A stretch of DNA of 64,000 bases from assembly GCA_020184695.1 (NCBI GenBank), contig JAANOX010000034.1, forward strand, positions 310,001 to 374,000, read 5' to 3'. Of this stretch, positions 21,791 to 33,556 are shown one piece after another. The notes beneath the pieces are model-generated. The model was given only the letters and a program-made list of their open reading frames with translations. It did not search any database and had not been told where the DNA came from. The first letter of the stretch is position 1. Every line of letters begins with the position of its first letter. Position numbers and translations under genes: made by a program. The stretch comes from Histomonas meleagridis 2922-C6/04-290x. Lineage: Eukaryota > Protista > Parabasalia.

Positions 21791-22018
21791 AGATAGGTGT
21801 CACCAAGACTGCTAGATGCAACAAAAGCAAAATCTGTAACAATAAGATTGCTGTTATTTTTTATTAAGGAATTTCATTTGTTACAGATTTAAATCAACAA
21901 TCTATACATTATTTCATTTTTAATTATATTTAATATTCTTTTTCTTACTATTATTAAATATTTTTATAAGAATTATTTAATTTATAACAGAAGTAAACAA
22001 AATTTCAAATATATATTT

Positions 22019-23432
22019 TTGATTTCGATGATTATATTTTTTGTTAATACAAAGCAATTATATGAAGCAGAGACAAAAACACTTACAATATCTGATTTCA
22101 ATGATCTTTCAAAAGAGTATATGAATGTTACAGAACGTGTTATAATTATTAATGTTGGAAAGCTTGAAAATAATGCATTCAGAAAATGGCCTTCATTAAC
22201 ATCAGTAATAAAAGGAGAGTCAGTTGAAACTATAAATAGTGGACCATTTGCATCATGTAAAAAATTAGAATATGTACAATTTCCAGAAAAATTAATGAGT
22301 GGTTTTGGAGATTGTGCATTTTATGAATGTATTTCATTAATTAACATTACAATTCGTTGTAATAGCATTGGTGGTAATGCATATTAGAAATGTACAGGAA
22401 TTGAAACAATAACTTTAGATGTAGGCGTACGAAGTATTGGATCTGATGCATTGAGAGGATGTACAAACCTTGTGAATATTTATATACCAAGTTCTGTTTA
22501 TTCGATTGGAAATGCATTTTTAGCATGTACAAAACTTCAATTTATTAATGTTTCATATGAAAATATTGAATATTCGAATTATGAAAATGATGGCGTTTTA
22601 TATAATAAAGAAATTACACAAATTATTAGTTATCCAAATATGAAAAGTAAAACATTTACAATTCCTAATTCAGTCACTTCTATTATGAATGATGCATTTG
22701 CTTATTGTCTTAATTTAGAAACAATTTTTATTGGTGAAAATGTTAATTATATTAATTCTTGTGCATTTATTAATTGTATATCACTTAAATGTATTCATTT
22801 TAATGGAAAAATTCACCAGAAATACAAAATGACGCATTTGTTAATATAAATGCGACAACAGTTATGACATTAGAAACATATCAAAATGAAACATTTGGAA
22901 ATATGAATGTTACTAAGGGAACAATACTTGACGAATGTATCCGGCCAACACTCACATCCACACAAAGTAATGCATTCACTAAGTCGAACACTTTCACTGC
23001 ATCAGTTACTTATTCATCAGATGTAACTTTATCTTTAACACATTCGTTCACTTTAACTCAGTCATTATCTATTACCATTTCGATTACATTTTATAGTAAA
23101 TATATAAATAGAATTTCATTGTTAACATTTGAATCCACTTATAGTTATTATATGTTACACCAAAAGATAATTCGATATCAAATGAATTGTTAATTGGTAT
23201 TATATGCCGCGCTATTGTGAAAGTTTTGATAATTATCGACATCATAATTTTTATGATTAAATAACAAAATAAGAAGCGAAAACAAAATGAAGAAGAAATG
23301 AATATTTCAGATGAAAATAATATTAAAATTAATGAAATAGATAATACATTTTCAGTTATTAATAATTCAAATATTGAAGAAGATCCATTTGCAGACGATT
23401 TCAAAGAAGAAACATTTTTTAGTCAGATATAA
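22019..23432 (+). pseudogene. BspA-like (TpLRR) surface protein pseudogene
   Basis: LRRs (IPSSVYSIGNAFLAC, IPNSVTSIMNDAFAYC), Ser/Thr stalk, TM and IEEDPFADDFKE tail; in-frame TAG at 22385-22387, frameshifts near 22810 and 23190, further stops. Confidence 0.85.
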
Positions 23433-23773
23433 ATAAACATATTTTAAGAACAAAATAATTTTTCATTTATTTATTAATTTAATAAATACAAATTTTTTTG
23501 TTATTTGGCGAATATTATGTTTTCTTCAAAATCTTTCGCAAATGAACCTTATTCAATATGAAGGAATTAATAACATTTTCTGTATTAATATTTATTGATA
23601 TCATTATCATTTTCTTGATAACTTAAAATCGATTTCGTTTAATTTGACAATGGTTGCGCACCTTATTAATTAATAAATATATTAATTTCTTAAATTTTCT
23701 TATTCTGAAAAATGAAATGAATTTCGAACTTGTACAGATGAAAATGATTTAAATATATTTTTATTTCTATTTA

Positions 23774-25093
23774 TTAGCTTTGTAAAGGTTCTTCAAGTAA
23801 TTCAATCGATGCCAATGCGCTTATTCTCATCTGCTCATTTTCACAATTTGTGTACTCCAAAAGGATATCATGAACACCGAAATCTGCGATGACGCCCAAA
23901 ATTTCATCTTTCATATTACCAATTAAAAAATTAATTGTTTGAAGGAATGCATTCGAGAATTGAATTGAGCAACAAGAACTCACGAAAGATATCATACCAT
24001 CAAAAATAGGCAAAAACAAGTTAGAGTTCATCACAGTTTTTTCCTTATCGAAGAATATTATCCTACAAAAGAAAATATAAAAGTCGTCCATCAATTTGAA
24101 TGGCATTCCATCGTACTCATTCAAAAATTGAATGTGATAATTTTTTTCAATGATATAACCGCTGTATTCGGGAAGAAACGAAAAGTTTGCAATGACTCGA
24201 TACGCATATTGCCTTATGTTTGGGTTTGACGGACATGAAAAGACCCAATCAATGACGTAAAGATGGTTCACATAGAAGTAATTATCTTTTAACAAAATTT
24301 GATTAATAAAGATAAGCTCAGTTGAAAATGGATCAATTTGGATTTCTATTAAGTAATGAAGCATTGCTGGAGTTATGATGATTGCAAGCTGATTGGTCGC
24401 AAGCGGTATAAATCGATTAAAACATAAAAGAGAAATTTTAAATGAATTTTCATCTTTGAAAAAAAATGCTGTTTGAAGAAGTTGCATCACTGTGAGCTCG
24501 TTGTTGATGATGTGATCAGGAGAACAACTTAAAAGAACATATTTGAGGACTTTAAGAACATTGTTAACGTGATTTGAAGGTAATTTTGCAAAATTGAGAA
24601 AATCATAATCATAGATAAGGGAATCTGCAACAGAGGAATCAAGGCCAATTAAGGTAGAAATAATCTCAGCGGACGCATTTGACGTTATGTCATTGTGAAG
24701 ATGAACAATGAAGGGATCAAGATATTTTTCTAAGGGTAACAAAGGTAAATCACTATCTCTATGTACGATAGCTAGAATACGAATAATTAGTGTGGAATCT
24801 TTTTCATTTGAATCCATTAATAGAGATCCTAAAGAATTAATGAAAGGATATTTTTGTGGATCTAAGCAATTAATGATATGTGGATGGTCTTTAACCATTT
24901 CATATATTGAATTTAAAACATGATATTTTGTGGTGGAACTCGATAGTTGAGTGAATAAATTTACAATTTTTGAGATTAATGTCATATCTAATTCAGGCGG
25001 ATTAATTTTTTTTGGTCGCCGAGCCTGTTTTGGTGGTTTAGATAATTTATCAATTCTTTTAAGTTCAATATTTTTTTTATAGTTACATTGCAT
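23774..25093 (-). CDS. ARM/HEAT-like helical repeat protein
   Basis: 439-aa ORF with a basic N-terminus and a helical repeat pattern. Confidence 0.65.
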   Translation of the reverse strand: MQCNYKKNIELKRIDKLSKPPKQARRPKKINPPELDMTLISKIVNLFTQLSSSTTKYHVLNSIYEMVKDHPHIINCLDPQKYPFINSLGSLLMDSNEKDSTLIIRILAIVHRDSDLPLLPLEKYLDPFIVHLHNDITSNASAEIISTLIGLDSSVADSLIYDYDFLNFAKLPSNHVNNVLKVLKYVLLSCSPDHIINNELTVMQLLQTAFFFKDENSFKISLLCFNRFIPLATNQLAIIITPAMLHYLIEIQIDPFSTELIFINQILLKDNYFYVNHLYVIDWVFSCPSNPNIRQYAYRVIANFSFLPEYSGYIIEKNYHIQFLNEYDGMPFKLMDDFYIFFCRIIFFDKEKTVMNSNLFLPIFDGMISFVSSCCSIQFSNAFLQTINFLIGNMKDEILGVIADFGVHDILLEYTNCENEQMRISALASIELLEEPLQS

Positions 25094-25423
25094 AAGCTGG
25101 CTGTAATATTTTTACTCAATTTTTTTTGACATAAATCATCCAGCCAGGCATATTGAAAAAGCCATGACGAAACTCAATACACATGTCAGTTCAACTTAAG
25201 GGGCCCCAAAATCCATCCATTCAATCTCATGAGATATTGCACAAAACTTCAATAAACATTGTTTGTTTTTAGTGCTCCTATTTTTACTACTTTACGTCGC
25301 CAATAAAGGATGACATATTATATTCATCATTATGATTTCAAAAGTTTTTGAAAAACAAAAAACGCAATACTAAAAATGATTTACCTTTAGAACATACTAT
25401 ATTTTAATATTTATTTATCTTAG

Positions 25424-27274
25424 TTACATTTGCACAATGAATTTATCTTCTTTGAAGTCATCTGCAAATGGATCTTCTTCAATATTTGAGATAGATATTC
25501 CTGTGGTGAATGTGTTTGTACTTTGGTTATTATCATTTTGTTGTTCTGATATTTCATTTTCTGCAATTTCTTCTTTTTTATTTTTAATTCGTAGCAATAA
25601 TATAATTAGTATTGAAATTATAATAATAATAATAATAATAACAACAATAATAACGCAAACGATTATTATGATAATTGTCGTTTTGTTGTCATTTGTTTGA
25701 AATTCATTACTATATATAAATGTAAAGAAGTTCGAATAATAATTATAATATGTAGAATAAATAATAACTGTGTAATCATAATATATAAATTCCGTTTCAA
25801 TGTAAATATACGACGAATTAATCGCAATTAGTGAAAGTGATTTTGTTTGTATTTCATAATAAGTAAATGATTGCGTAAATGATAATGTGACTGTTAATAG
25901 ATATGAAAAAGATTTCGTTAAATCATTTTGAAATGATTCAGTAAATGTATTTGACTGTGAATATGTATTATTACTACTGAATGAATACGGCGCTGAAAAT
26001 GTATTTGAATTAGAATATGCATTACTTCGACTGAATGTATTTGACTGCGAATATGTATTACTAAATGTATGTGATGCTGAAAATGAATGTGTTGGAATTG
26101 GATTGCAGGTCCCTTCTGCGTTTTCTTTGGTAACACCTAAATGTCCAAATTTACTTCCTTTATATGTTGGATATGTGATAACACTTGTTGAAACATTATA
26201 AAATGCACCTTCACCAATTTCTGGTTCTGTTTCACCATAATAATAAATGCATTCAAGTTGATAACAATTACCAAATGCTGAACCTCCAATTTCTCTGATT
26301 CCATATCCAAGTATTAATAATGTTAAATTAGAACAGAATGAAAATGCTCCACCGCCAATCGTTGTAACATTTCCTCCAAATATAATCGTTTCTAAATTAG
26401 AACATGACGAAAAAACATAAATTCCAATATCTGATATAGAATTACCAAAATTTACTGAAACAACTGATGGCCATTCTGAAAATGCACCACTTGGAATTGA
26501 ATAAATTCCTTCACTAATATATATAAATTTCGTGATGTCTTTATATTGGTCTATATCATCAAAATCATTTAAATTTGTTATTATTAACGTTAAATTATTA
26601 CCAGAAAATATTTGATAAGAATTTATGAAAAATACAACAAAAATCAAAACATTTTTATGTTTTTTCCTTTCGTTTGTTTTCAATTCGTAGTTGGTCAAAG
26701 AAAATTTCTGTGGAAAAAGTGGTTTTTTCTGAAAAAAATTGACATAAACCACCACAATCATCATTGAAAATATAGCGGTTAAACGAACATAAGCATTGAA
26801 TTTAAATGGTCGGACTTGTTTATCGTTTGGCATCAATGCAAAACAAAGAAACTCATACTGGATTAAAGATATATTCCCATAATGCATCTTTAAAGCTTGT
26901 GTTGATATATTGTTTTCAATAATCATAATGGTTGTAAAGAATTTATTTTGTGAAATTGTAAAATATGATGGTAGGAATTTTATTTTGTCATAAAAGAATT
27001 GAAGTATTTCTGATGTACACTTACTGTCAGTCAAGAAATTTAAAAATATGCTTGTTTTAAAGAAAGCAGAATTATTATTAAATATATCAAAATTTGCATA
27101 CGTAATTCCAAAGATTGGGACTTCTACATTGTGTGTATAAGAGTGCCCTTCTTTGCTTAAGTTCTTTTTCATATTTGATATTTTTGTGGTTGTAAAAAAT
27201 GGTATACCTGGTATTATGTCGGTTGTAAAATGCTTTGTTAAGGCCGAAATGAACAACAAATGAAGAATTTTCAT
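25424..27274 (-). CDS. BspA-like LRR surface protein with N-terminal extension, Ser/Thr stalk, TM and acidic tail
   Basis: FGGNVTTIGGGAFSFCSNL LRRs, SNTFS repeats, poly-Ile TM and IEEDPFADDFKEDKF tail. The true start codon is uncertain. Confidence 0.85.
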   Translation of the reverse strand: MKILHLLFISALTKHFTTDIIPGIPFFTTTKISNMKKNLSKEGHSYTHNVEVPIFGITYANFDIFNNNSAFFKTSIFLNFLTDSKCTSEILQFFYDKIKFLPSYFTISQNKFFTTIMIIENNISTQALKMHYGNISLIQYEFLCFALMPNDKQVRPFKFNAYVRLTAIFSMMIVVVYVNFFQKKPLFPQKFSLTNYELKTNERKKHKNVLIFVVFFINSYQIFSGNNLTLIITNLNDFDDIDQYKDITKFIYISEGIYSIPSGAFSEWPSVVSVNFGNSISDIGIYVFSSCSNLETIIFGGNVTTIGGGAFSFCSNLTLLILGYGIREIGGSAFGNCYQLECIYYYGETEPEIGEGAFYNVSTSVITYPTYKGSKFGHLGVTKENAEGTCNPIPTHSFSASHTFSNTYSQSNTFSRSNAYSNSNTFSAPYSFSSNNTYSQSNTFTESFQNDLTKSFSYLLTVTLSFTQSFTYYEIQTKSLSLIAINSSYIYIETEFIYYDYTVIIYSTYYNYYSNFFTFIYSNEFQTNDNKTTIIIIIVCVIIVVIIIIIIIISILIILLLRIKNKKEEIAENEISEQQNDNNQSTNTFTTGISISNIEEDPFADDFKEDKFIVQM

Positions 27275-28151
27275 GCTTCAAGATCTAATATAGCTTGAAG
27301 GCCTTTGCCAAATACACATCGGCCAATACAAAAGTTAAAAATCATACGGTTAACATGAAAAAAATTTGTTTCTTTTTTGAAGTTTTTCAATTTAACCTTA
27401 AATTTGTTTTTTTCAATATTTAAAGACGCCACAATAGATAATACATTAAAATGCTTGCAAAAGCACTTTTAAATAATATAATGAATGAATGTGTTAGAGC
27501 GGAGTTTGCTGATTAAAATGATATATATTTGTTGTTGTTGAGCACTTTTTATAGTATTGAATTTCATGATTTTTGAGAGATATGTGTTTTATCCTAATTA
27601 TGTAACTTTATTTTGTGCGATACAAGTTATGTGAATAAACTAAACACATCCTAAAATAGAAAAGAGATATTTTGTATAATTAAGTGATATAATGTAAGAA
27701 AAACATATCATTGTATGTTAATAAATTGTAAATAAAGTTATATCACAAACTTCATATCTTATTGCTTCTATATTAATGGCGATTGTTAATCGATTGATTG
27801 TAATTATCTTTATATATAATGTTTTGCAATATGAATGCTTTTCATTTAAATAATTTAGTTTTCCATTAATGTTTTGTACAGTAACTTAATGATTCATATC
27901 ATTTACATTTAACATCTAATACTTTACGAAAAATTTCTATTGTAAACTATAAATCATTTGTAAATAAATAATATCTGATTCTATTTGATCTTTAGAAAGT
28001 TTCATCAAAACAATATTCAACATTTACGATGTTTTCATTGTTAATTATAGCAAAGTGAAAATCGATTAATATTTCTCATTGCGAATCACTTCATAATATT
28101 TATTTAAATTAAAATATATCAATTAAAAATATATTTTTATTTTACATTAAA

Positions 28152-29777
28152 TCATAGCCAATTGTCTTCATCTTCTTTAACAATATCTTCAACTAAAGTA
28201 TTGACATCTTCAATTTGGTTTAAACTTGATGTAGTCGAATCCTTAAATTGTAATGTCGATGTCGATTTTCCTTTTTTATTATTACTTTTGATTAAGAATA
28301 TAACAATTCCAACAATTATTAATACTGATGCAATTGATCCGCAAACAATTCCAATCAATGCATTAGTTGTAAGTCCATTTGTGTGTAAAATGTTGGTGTG
28401 AAGCATTGTAATGAAATTTGAATAATAATTAAAATGTGTTGAATACATAATAACTGTGTAATCATAATAAAGAAATTCTGTTTCGACATAAGAAAATGTT
28501 GAATTAAATATGGATAATGAAAGTGATCTTGTTTGCGTTTCATAATAAGTAAATGAATAAGCAATTGTGAGCGTAAGTGTTAATGTATATGAAAATGATA
28601 ATGTTAAATCGCTTTGAAACGATTCTGTGAATGTATTTGACTGCGAATATGTATTACTAAATGTATGTGATGCTGAAAATGAATGTGTTGGAATTGGATT
28701 GCAGGTCCCTTCTGCGTTTTCTTTGGTAACACCTAAATGTCCAAATTTACTTCCTTTATATGTTGGATATGTGATAACACTTGTTGAAACATTATAAAAT
28801 GCACCTTCACCAATTTCTGGTTCTGTTTCACCATAATAATAAATGCATTCAAGTTGATAACAATTACCAAATGCTGAACCTCCAATTTCTCTGATTCCAT
28901 ATCCAAGTATTAATAATGTTAAATTAGAACAGAATGAAAATGCTCCACCGCCAATCGTTGTAACATTTCCTCCAAATATAATCGTTTCTAAATTAGAACA
29001 TGACGAAAAAACATAAATTCCAATATCTGATATAGAATTACCAAAATTTACTGAAACAACTGATGGCCATTCTGAAAATGCACCACTTGGAATTGAATAA
29101 ATTCCTTCACTAATATATATAAATTTCGTGATGTCTTTATATTGGTCTATATCATCAAAATCATTTAAATTTGTTATTATTAATGTTAGATTATCACCAC
29201 AAAATAATTGATAAGAATTTATGAAAAATATAACAAAAATCAAAACATTTTTATGTTTTTTCCTTTCGTTTGTTTTCAGTTTGTTCATTAAAAATTTAAT
29301 TTCGAAAAATAATAAAAATACCAAAAGAAAAAAGTTATTCATTAGAAATTGAATAGTTTCAATGGATTTGAACATTTTCTTTATGAAAATATTATTCATT
29401 AAAAATGTTAAGTGTTCTTTTAATGTAAAATGATTAAGTACTAATGAAAAGAATTTGAAATAATATTTAACATATGAAATTGGTAATTCTAATAAAGGGA
29501 ATTGCCAATGATATTTATATGCACTGATATTAAATGGATAGGATTCATTATCTTTGAGAATAATAAAATTTGTTACTTTAATGGATACATTCGCTTTTTC
29601 ATGGGATGAGGATGTAAGGTATGTATCCTCTTTGGATTTTGAAGTAAGGCAAGTGTAGTGTTTGAAAGTTCGAGAAATATATAATTGAACGCCAAAAATC
29701 TTAAAACCTGAATTTTGTGGAGAGATTTGTAACGAACAAAAGAAATGCATGGGGAAAGCCAAGAAGAAATAACACAT
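28152..29777 (-). CDS. BspA-like LRR surface protein, paralogue of 25424..27274
   Basis: Identical LRR core, diverged stalk/TM/tail and a different N-terminal extension; a possible alternative start is MNKLKTNERKKH. Confidence 0.85.
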   Translation of the reverse strand: MCYFFLAFPMHFFCSLQISPQNSGFKIFGVQLYISRTFKHYTCLTSKSKEDTYLTSSSHEKANVSIKVTNFIILKDNESYPFNISAYKYHWQFPLLELPISYVKYYFKFFSLVLNHFTLKEHLTFLMNNIFIKKMFKSIETIQFLMNNFFLLVFLLFFEIKFLMNKLKTNERKKHKNVLIFVIFFINSYQLFCGDNLTLIITNLNDFDDIDQYKDITKFIYISEGIYSIPSGAFSEWPSVVSVNFGNSISDIGIYVFSSCSNLETIIFGGNVTTIGGGAFSFCSNLTLLILGYGIREIGGSAFGNCYQLECIYYYGETEPEIGEGAFYNVSTSVITYPTYKGSKFGHLGVTKENAEGTCNPIPTHSFSASHTFSNTYSQSNTFTESFQSDLTLSFSYTLTLTLTIAYSFTYYETQTRSLSLSIFNSTFSYVETEFLYYDYTVIMYSTHFNYYSNFITMLHTNILHTNGLTTNALIGIVCGSIASVLIIVGIVIFLIKSNNKKGKSTSTLQFKDSTTSSLNQIEDVNTLVEDIVKEDEDNWL

Positions 29778-30613
29778 TCGTGAGAAAACTTGAGAAACTT
29801 ATTGATAAATCGATCAAAAACGATACAGAGATCTTCAACCGCTTCGCCTTTTAGTTATTTCATTCGTTAAACTTTTGCTGATACATGTTTTATAGGTTTT
29901 GCAATCGGAAGTTGTTCACAATACTAAAACGCAATGTTTCTTAGAAGAAACGTGTGGTGGTTTCTTATAAAAAGTGACAGAATGTTCCATAATTAAATTG
30001 TATAAAATTTCTGTTATAAATAAAAGAAATAAGAAGACATCGTTCGCAACCAAGAAATTAAAAACGTACAAAAAGTTTATTTCAACATTTTAACAGATCT
30101 ATCACCATTTCTATTAACAGATAAATCACACTGAATTTTGAATGCAGTATTCTCCAAACAACGGTTTGATTTTAAACCTGTTGAAAAATTGATCGTTCGA
30201 AACCATAGCACTTTTAAAAAATATGGCATTTCTTATTTTCTCTGAATTATTTCGTCAATGTTTGGAATCACCGAAATTGAGAGTACTACCATCGAAAAAC
30301 CAAAAACATGATCGTAAGGTTAATGAAAAATTGAACAACGAACTGAAAAAATATTTTGTAAAGTAAAGAAAATTGACTGAATTTGGTTTTGTTCACCAAA
30401 AAAACCGATGAAGAAAATACAGTTTAAACGTACACCCTACGGTCAACTTCAAGAAATTCCAGTGAAAATACAAAAGAAAATTGTGTCAGCATAAGAATCT
30501 GCATAGAAAACAAAAAAGAATTAAATAACAATTTATTAACTAAGAAACAATTCATAACGGCTTAAAAAAACTTCTTTTGATGAACAAAAGAAAATACAAG
30601 ACACCGAAAGTGA

Positions 30614-31252
30614 CTATGGGTGTTTTTGGTTTTGTTGTGTCTTCGGTTCAAAAAAATGAAGATTAATTGGTGTGGTTGATGGACTTAAAAGAGGGTGTGA
30701 AATATTGGTTTCTGGGGTGCTTGATTCAGTGTCACTGGTTTTGGGCTTGTTTTTGCATTGAAAAAATTGTTTGAGGTATTTTCTATGGCATTTAATTGTT
30801 CCTTCCACCTTTCTAAAAAATCTGTCTTTTATCATCGTTGCCTCTTTGGCAAGACGTGGGTCTATAAATATTTTAAAGCTTCTTTCGAATTCATCTTCGT
30901 CAAAATCGTTTCCATGAATTCTTTTGAATGCTTTGAGGTACTTTGCTTTGTCAACATTTTTAAAAATAGGAAAACATTCCTTTGGCTTCATGTCAATTGG
31001 TGATGGTTCTTTTTCAGAAGGAAATGGAACAATTAACAAATGTGATCCATCCAAAATGCCATAAAAAGCGAATGTGAAAGCTGGTAGGACTGCTGCAGAA
31101 TTATATATAATCTTGCAAGGAAAAGGAATTTTATTTTCGATTACTTTTATTGGATCAAGAGACATTACATTTACAATAGCTTCTTTGTTGTCATAGTGAA
31201 GGTGTAATTTGATTTCTTTGTTTTCATTTTGAAATAGAGCGTGATTGCTCAT
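30614..31252 (-). CDS. Hypothetical protein with a ubiquitin-like N-terminal region
   Basis: AFTFAFYGILDGSHLLIV resembles the end of a ubiquitin fold; ATG at 31252. Confidence 0.55.
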   Translation of the reverse strand: MSNHALFQNENKEIKLHLHYDNKEAIVNVMSLDPIKVIENKIPFPCKIIYNSAAVLPAFTFAFYGILDGSHLLIVPFPSEKEPSPIDMKPKECFPIFKNVDKAKYLKAFKRIHGNDFDEDEFERSFKIFIDPRLAKEATMIKDRFFRKVEGTIKCHRKYLKQFFQCKNKPKTSDTESSTPETNISHPLLSPSTTPINLHFFEPKTQQNQKHP

Positions 31253-31813
31253 GAAATGAAACTTTTGGCGTTTCAATTGGAAACGATTGTACGATCAGTT
31301 TTGATTTCTTTATGGAAAGATCGTTTTTCAATTTTGAGTGACTCTTCAAATTTCTGGGTGATGCTGCACAATTTTATTATCGTTTTTTGAGATGTGCGTT
31401 CAAAATTCTTTGTAATACACAAATTTAGTTTTTTTCGAATTTTATCCCGAACGTGATTGATCGCACCAGGAAGAAGGGCAGTGCCAATGCGTATTCATGT
31501 TAACATATATGCTTGAGCAATAATGACTCAAAGGCAACTTGTTAAGCCTTGTTAAATCACATTACATTTTAAAAAAATCAAATATTATCCCAAACAAGAT
31601 ATTTCTGTCAACCATTTTGATGGTGCTTCTTGATTGAAATCTTTTACTTTAAAGAAAAAAAAATTGATTTTGAAAAAGATGTACATTTTATTATTTTCAT
31701 AATTTGACTTAGGTTTATCTAAACCAGAAGCAAAGTACTTTCCTTTCCTAATTGTAAATGAATAAATAAATAACATTAATGTTTGTAATTTTGAAGTTCA
31801 ACACCGAATTTTA

Positions 31814-31839
31814 AACCGTTTCCTTTTAAAAAAAGTGAC
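31814..31839 (+). promoter_or_regulatory. Parabasalid core promoter: M3 (AACCGTTT), M5-like CCTTT and AAAGTGAC
   Basis: AACCGTTT 31814-31821, CCTTT 31822-31826 and AAAGTGAC 31832-31839 lie directly upstream of ATG 31847 and match motifs described for T. vaginalis. Confidence 0.65.
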
Positions 31840-31846
31840 AGGCAGT

Positions 31847-32578
31847 ATGGGAGAAGAAGAGAACAAATTCGAAATTGAGTTTACAAGGCACGTTCTTTCA
31901 TTATTTGGGACCTTGTACGATCAAATGGCATGTCCATATCTTGGTCCTATTAAAGAATACAATGATATTGTTGATGATTCAGATGACATTCCATCATTTG
32001 ATTCTCATATCTGCGATCTACGCCTTCGTCAAATCTATTCTCAACTTGATCCTGAAGCCACTCGTGATCAATATTTCCAAAACCTAGAAGAGAAAGTTGA
32101 AATGCTTGAAGAAAAATCCCATGAGAAAGATCTCGGTGAAATTGTAATTGGCGAGAAACTCGCACCACGCACATCTAGTGGCAAAGTACTCGACAAGGAG
32201 ATCACTCAACGCCGTAAAGAGACCGAAGAAAAAAGTCGCAAAGCTCAATTCATGCGGAAGACCATCGACAGAGAAAACAGAAGAATGCAACAGAGACAAG
32301 AGGTTTCAGCTGACCATAGGTATCTTAAAGACCTTAACAAACAAGCGCGCAAGAATCATGAAGAAGAGGTCAGCATCAATCGCGCATTTGTTCAGGCGAA
32401 ACGCGAAGAAGCGCATATGAAGAAACAGTACGTGCAAAAGCGTCGGCAAGAAGAACTTCGCCGACAGGAAAAGGCAGAAAAGATGATGAAGGAAGTCCTA
32501 TCGCGAAACCAAAGAACAAAAAGAAATGAAGAAGACCTAAGAGCAAGAAAGCAAAAAGATGTTCGACGTAAATCTTAG
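31847..32578 (+). CDS. Coiled-coil hypothetical protein
   Basis: Higher-GC ORF rich in E/K/R/Q, preceded by the promoter motifs above. Confidence 0.7.
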   Translation: MGEEENKFEIEFTRHVLSLFGTLYDQMACPYLGPIKEYNDIVDDSDDIPSFDSHICDLRLRQIYSQLDPEATRDQYFQNLEEKVEMLEEKSHEKDLGEIVIGEKLAPRTSSGKVLDKEITQRRKETEEKSRKAQFMRKTIDRENRRMQQRQEVSADHRYLKDLNKQARKNHEEEVSINRAFVQAKREEAHMKKQYVQKRRQEELRRQEKAEKMMKEVLSRNQRTKRNEEDLRARKQKDVRRKS

Positions 32579-33556
32579 CTCTAAAGAAAAATTATGAATT
32601 TTTTTTTTATTGTTTTAAAGATCACAGGAGTAATGGATTTCAATAACATTTATTGTGTTTTTGTTGGAAATCATTAAATATGAAATTTCTTTAAGTTAAT
32701 AATGAAGAAGATTGTAGTTAGAATTTTAAAATTTATCTTTGACTTTTATATTCTTACGTTTACATTATGAAGGAAAATGAAACAATCATGTTTATTAAAT
32801 TTGTTGGATTTTTTCAATATTGATTAAGCTGAAAATTGTGATTACTAGTATATAAAAGTTATTTTTGAAAAATAAATTTTTTTTAGGATTATTCATATAA
32901 CAAATATTCATTATTTTGATTCATTTGGAGTTTGTAAAATACAGTTATTTGATTAAAAAAGGTTCTTACTGATAATTTAAAGGATAAAACAAAACAAGAG
33001 ATGGAAAAACTAAAGAAATTAAGGAAATAGTTTTTTCAAACTTAGAAAGTATTTTAAAAATGTAATTATGTTTGCAAACAGAAACATCTGAACAAATATT
33101 AAAATAAAAAATCTCAAAAATAATTACATGGCGTTGACTGAACCCAAAACCAAATAGAATAGCCATTAACGTAAAATGACAAATGGAAAACATGTTTTCT
33201 TTCATTATCCCAAAATAGGAAGACACTGCATTCGAATAACCAGTTCATAGACTTACTGATTCATTTTCGTTTTGAGTTGCACAAGCAGATCACTTTTAAA
33301 ATATGAATATGAATTTTTGAAAAAAATGGATTTTATTAAAATTTGACACTATGTGATTTTTCACACGAAATGGTGAAGGCCACCCTCAAATATCAAGTGT
33401 TTCTATGAAGTAAGAACACATTCTCACCTTATTTTTTAAAGACTGTCCATCGGCTTCAATTGAAATTTCTTTTCATCTAGACGGTTTATACTCAGAAAAT
33501 TCAGAAATGAACGTTCATTTCACGTTTAACAAAGGTTAAAGAAGCTTCTTGGCAAA

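Noticed and set aside
6073-23432. Alternative genetic code (stop reassignment)
   Set aside because: Intact genes in the window end with TAA, TAG and TGA; other internal stops co-occur with frameshifts in pseudogenes and transposons. Only the YeeE TGA is isolated.
29819-29831. U6 snRNA-like AACGATACAGAGA
   Set aside because: The match stops after ACAGAGA; the invariant AGATTAGCATGG continuation and the internal stem-loop are absent.
29800-30600. Decayed coding-like sequence here and at 32900-33300
   Set aside because: Multiple stops in all frames and no identifiable family.
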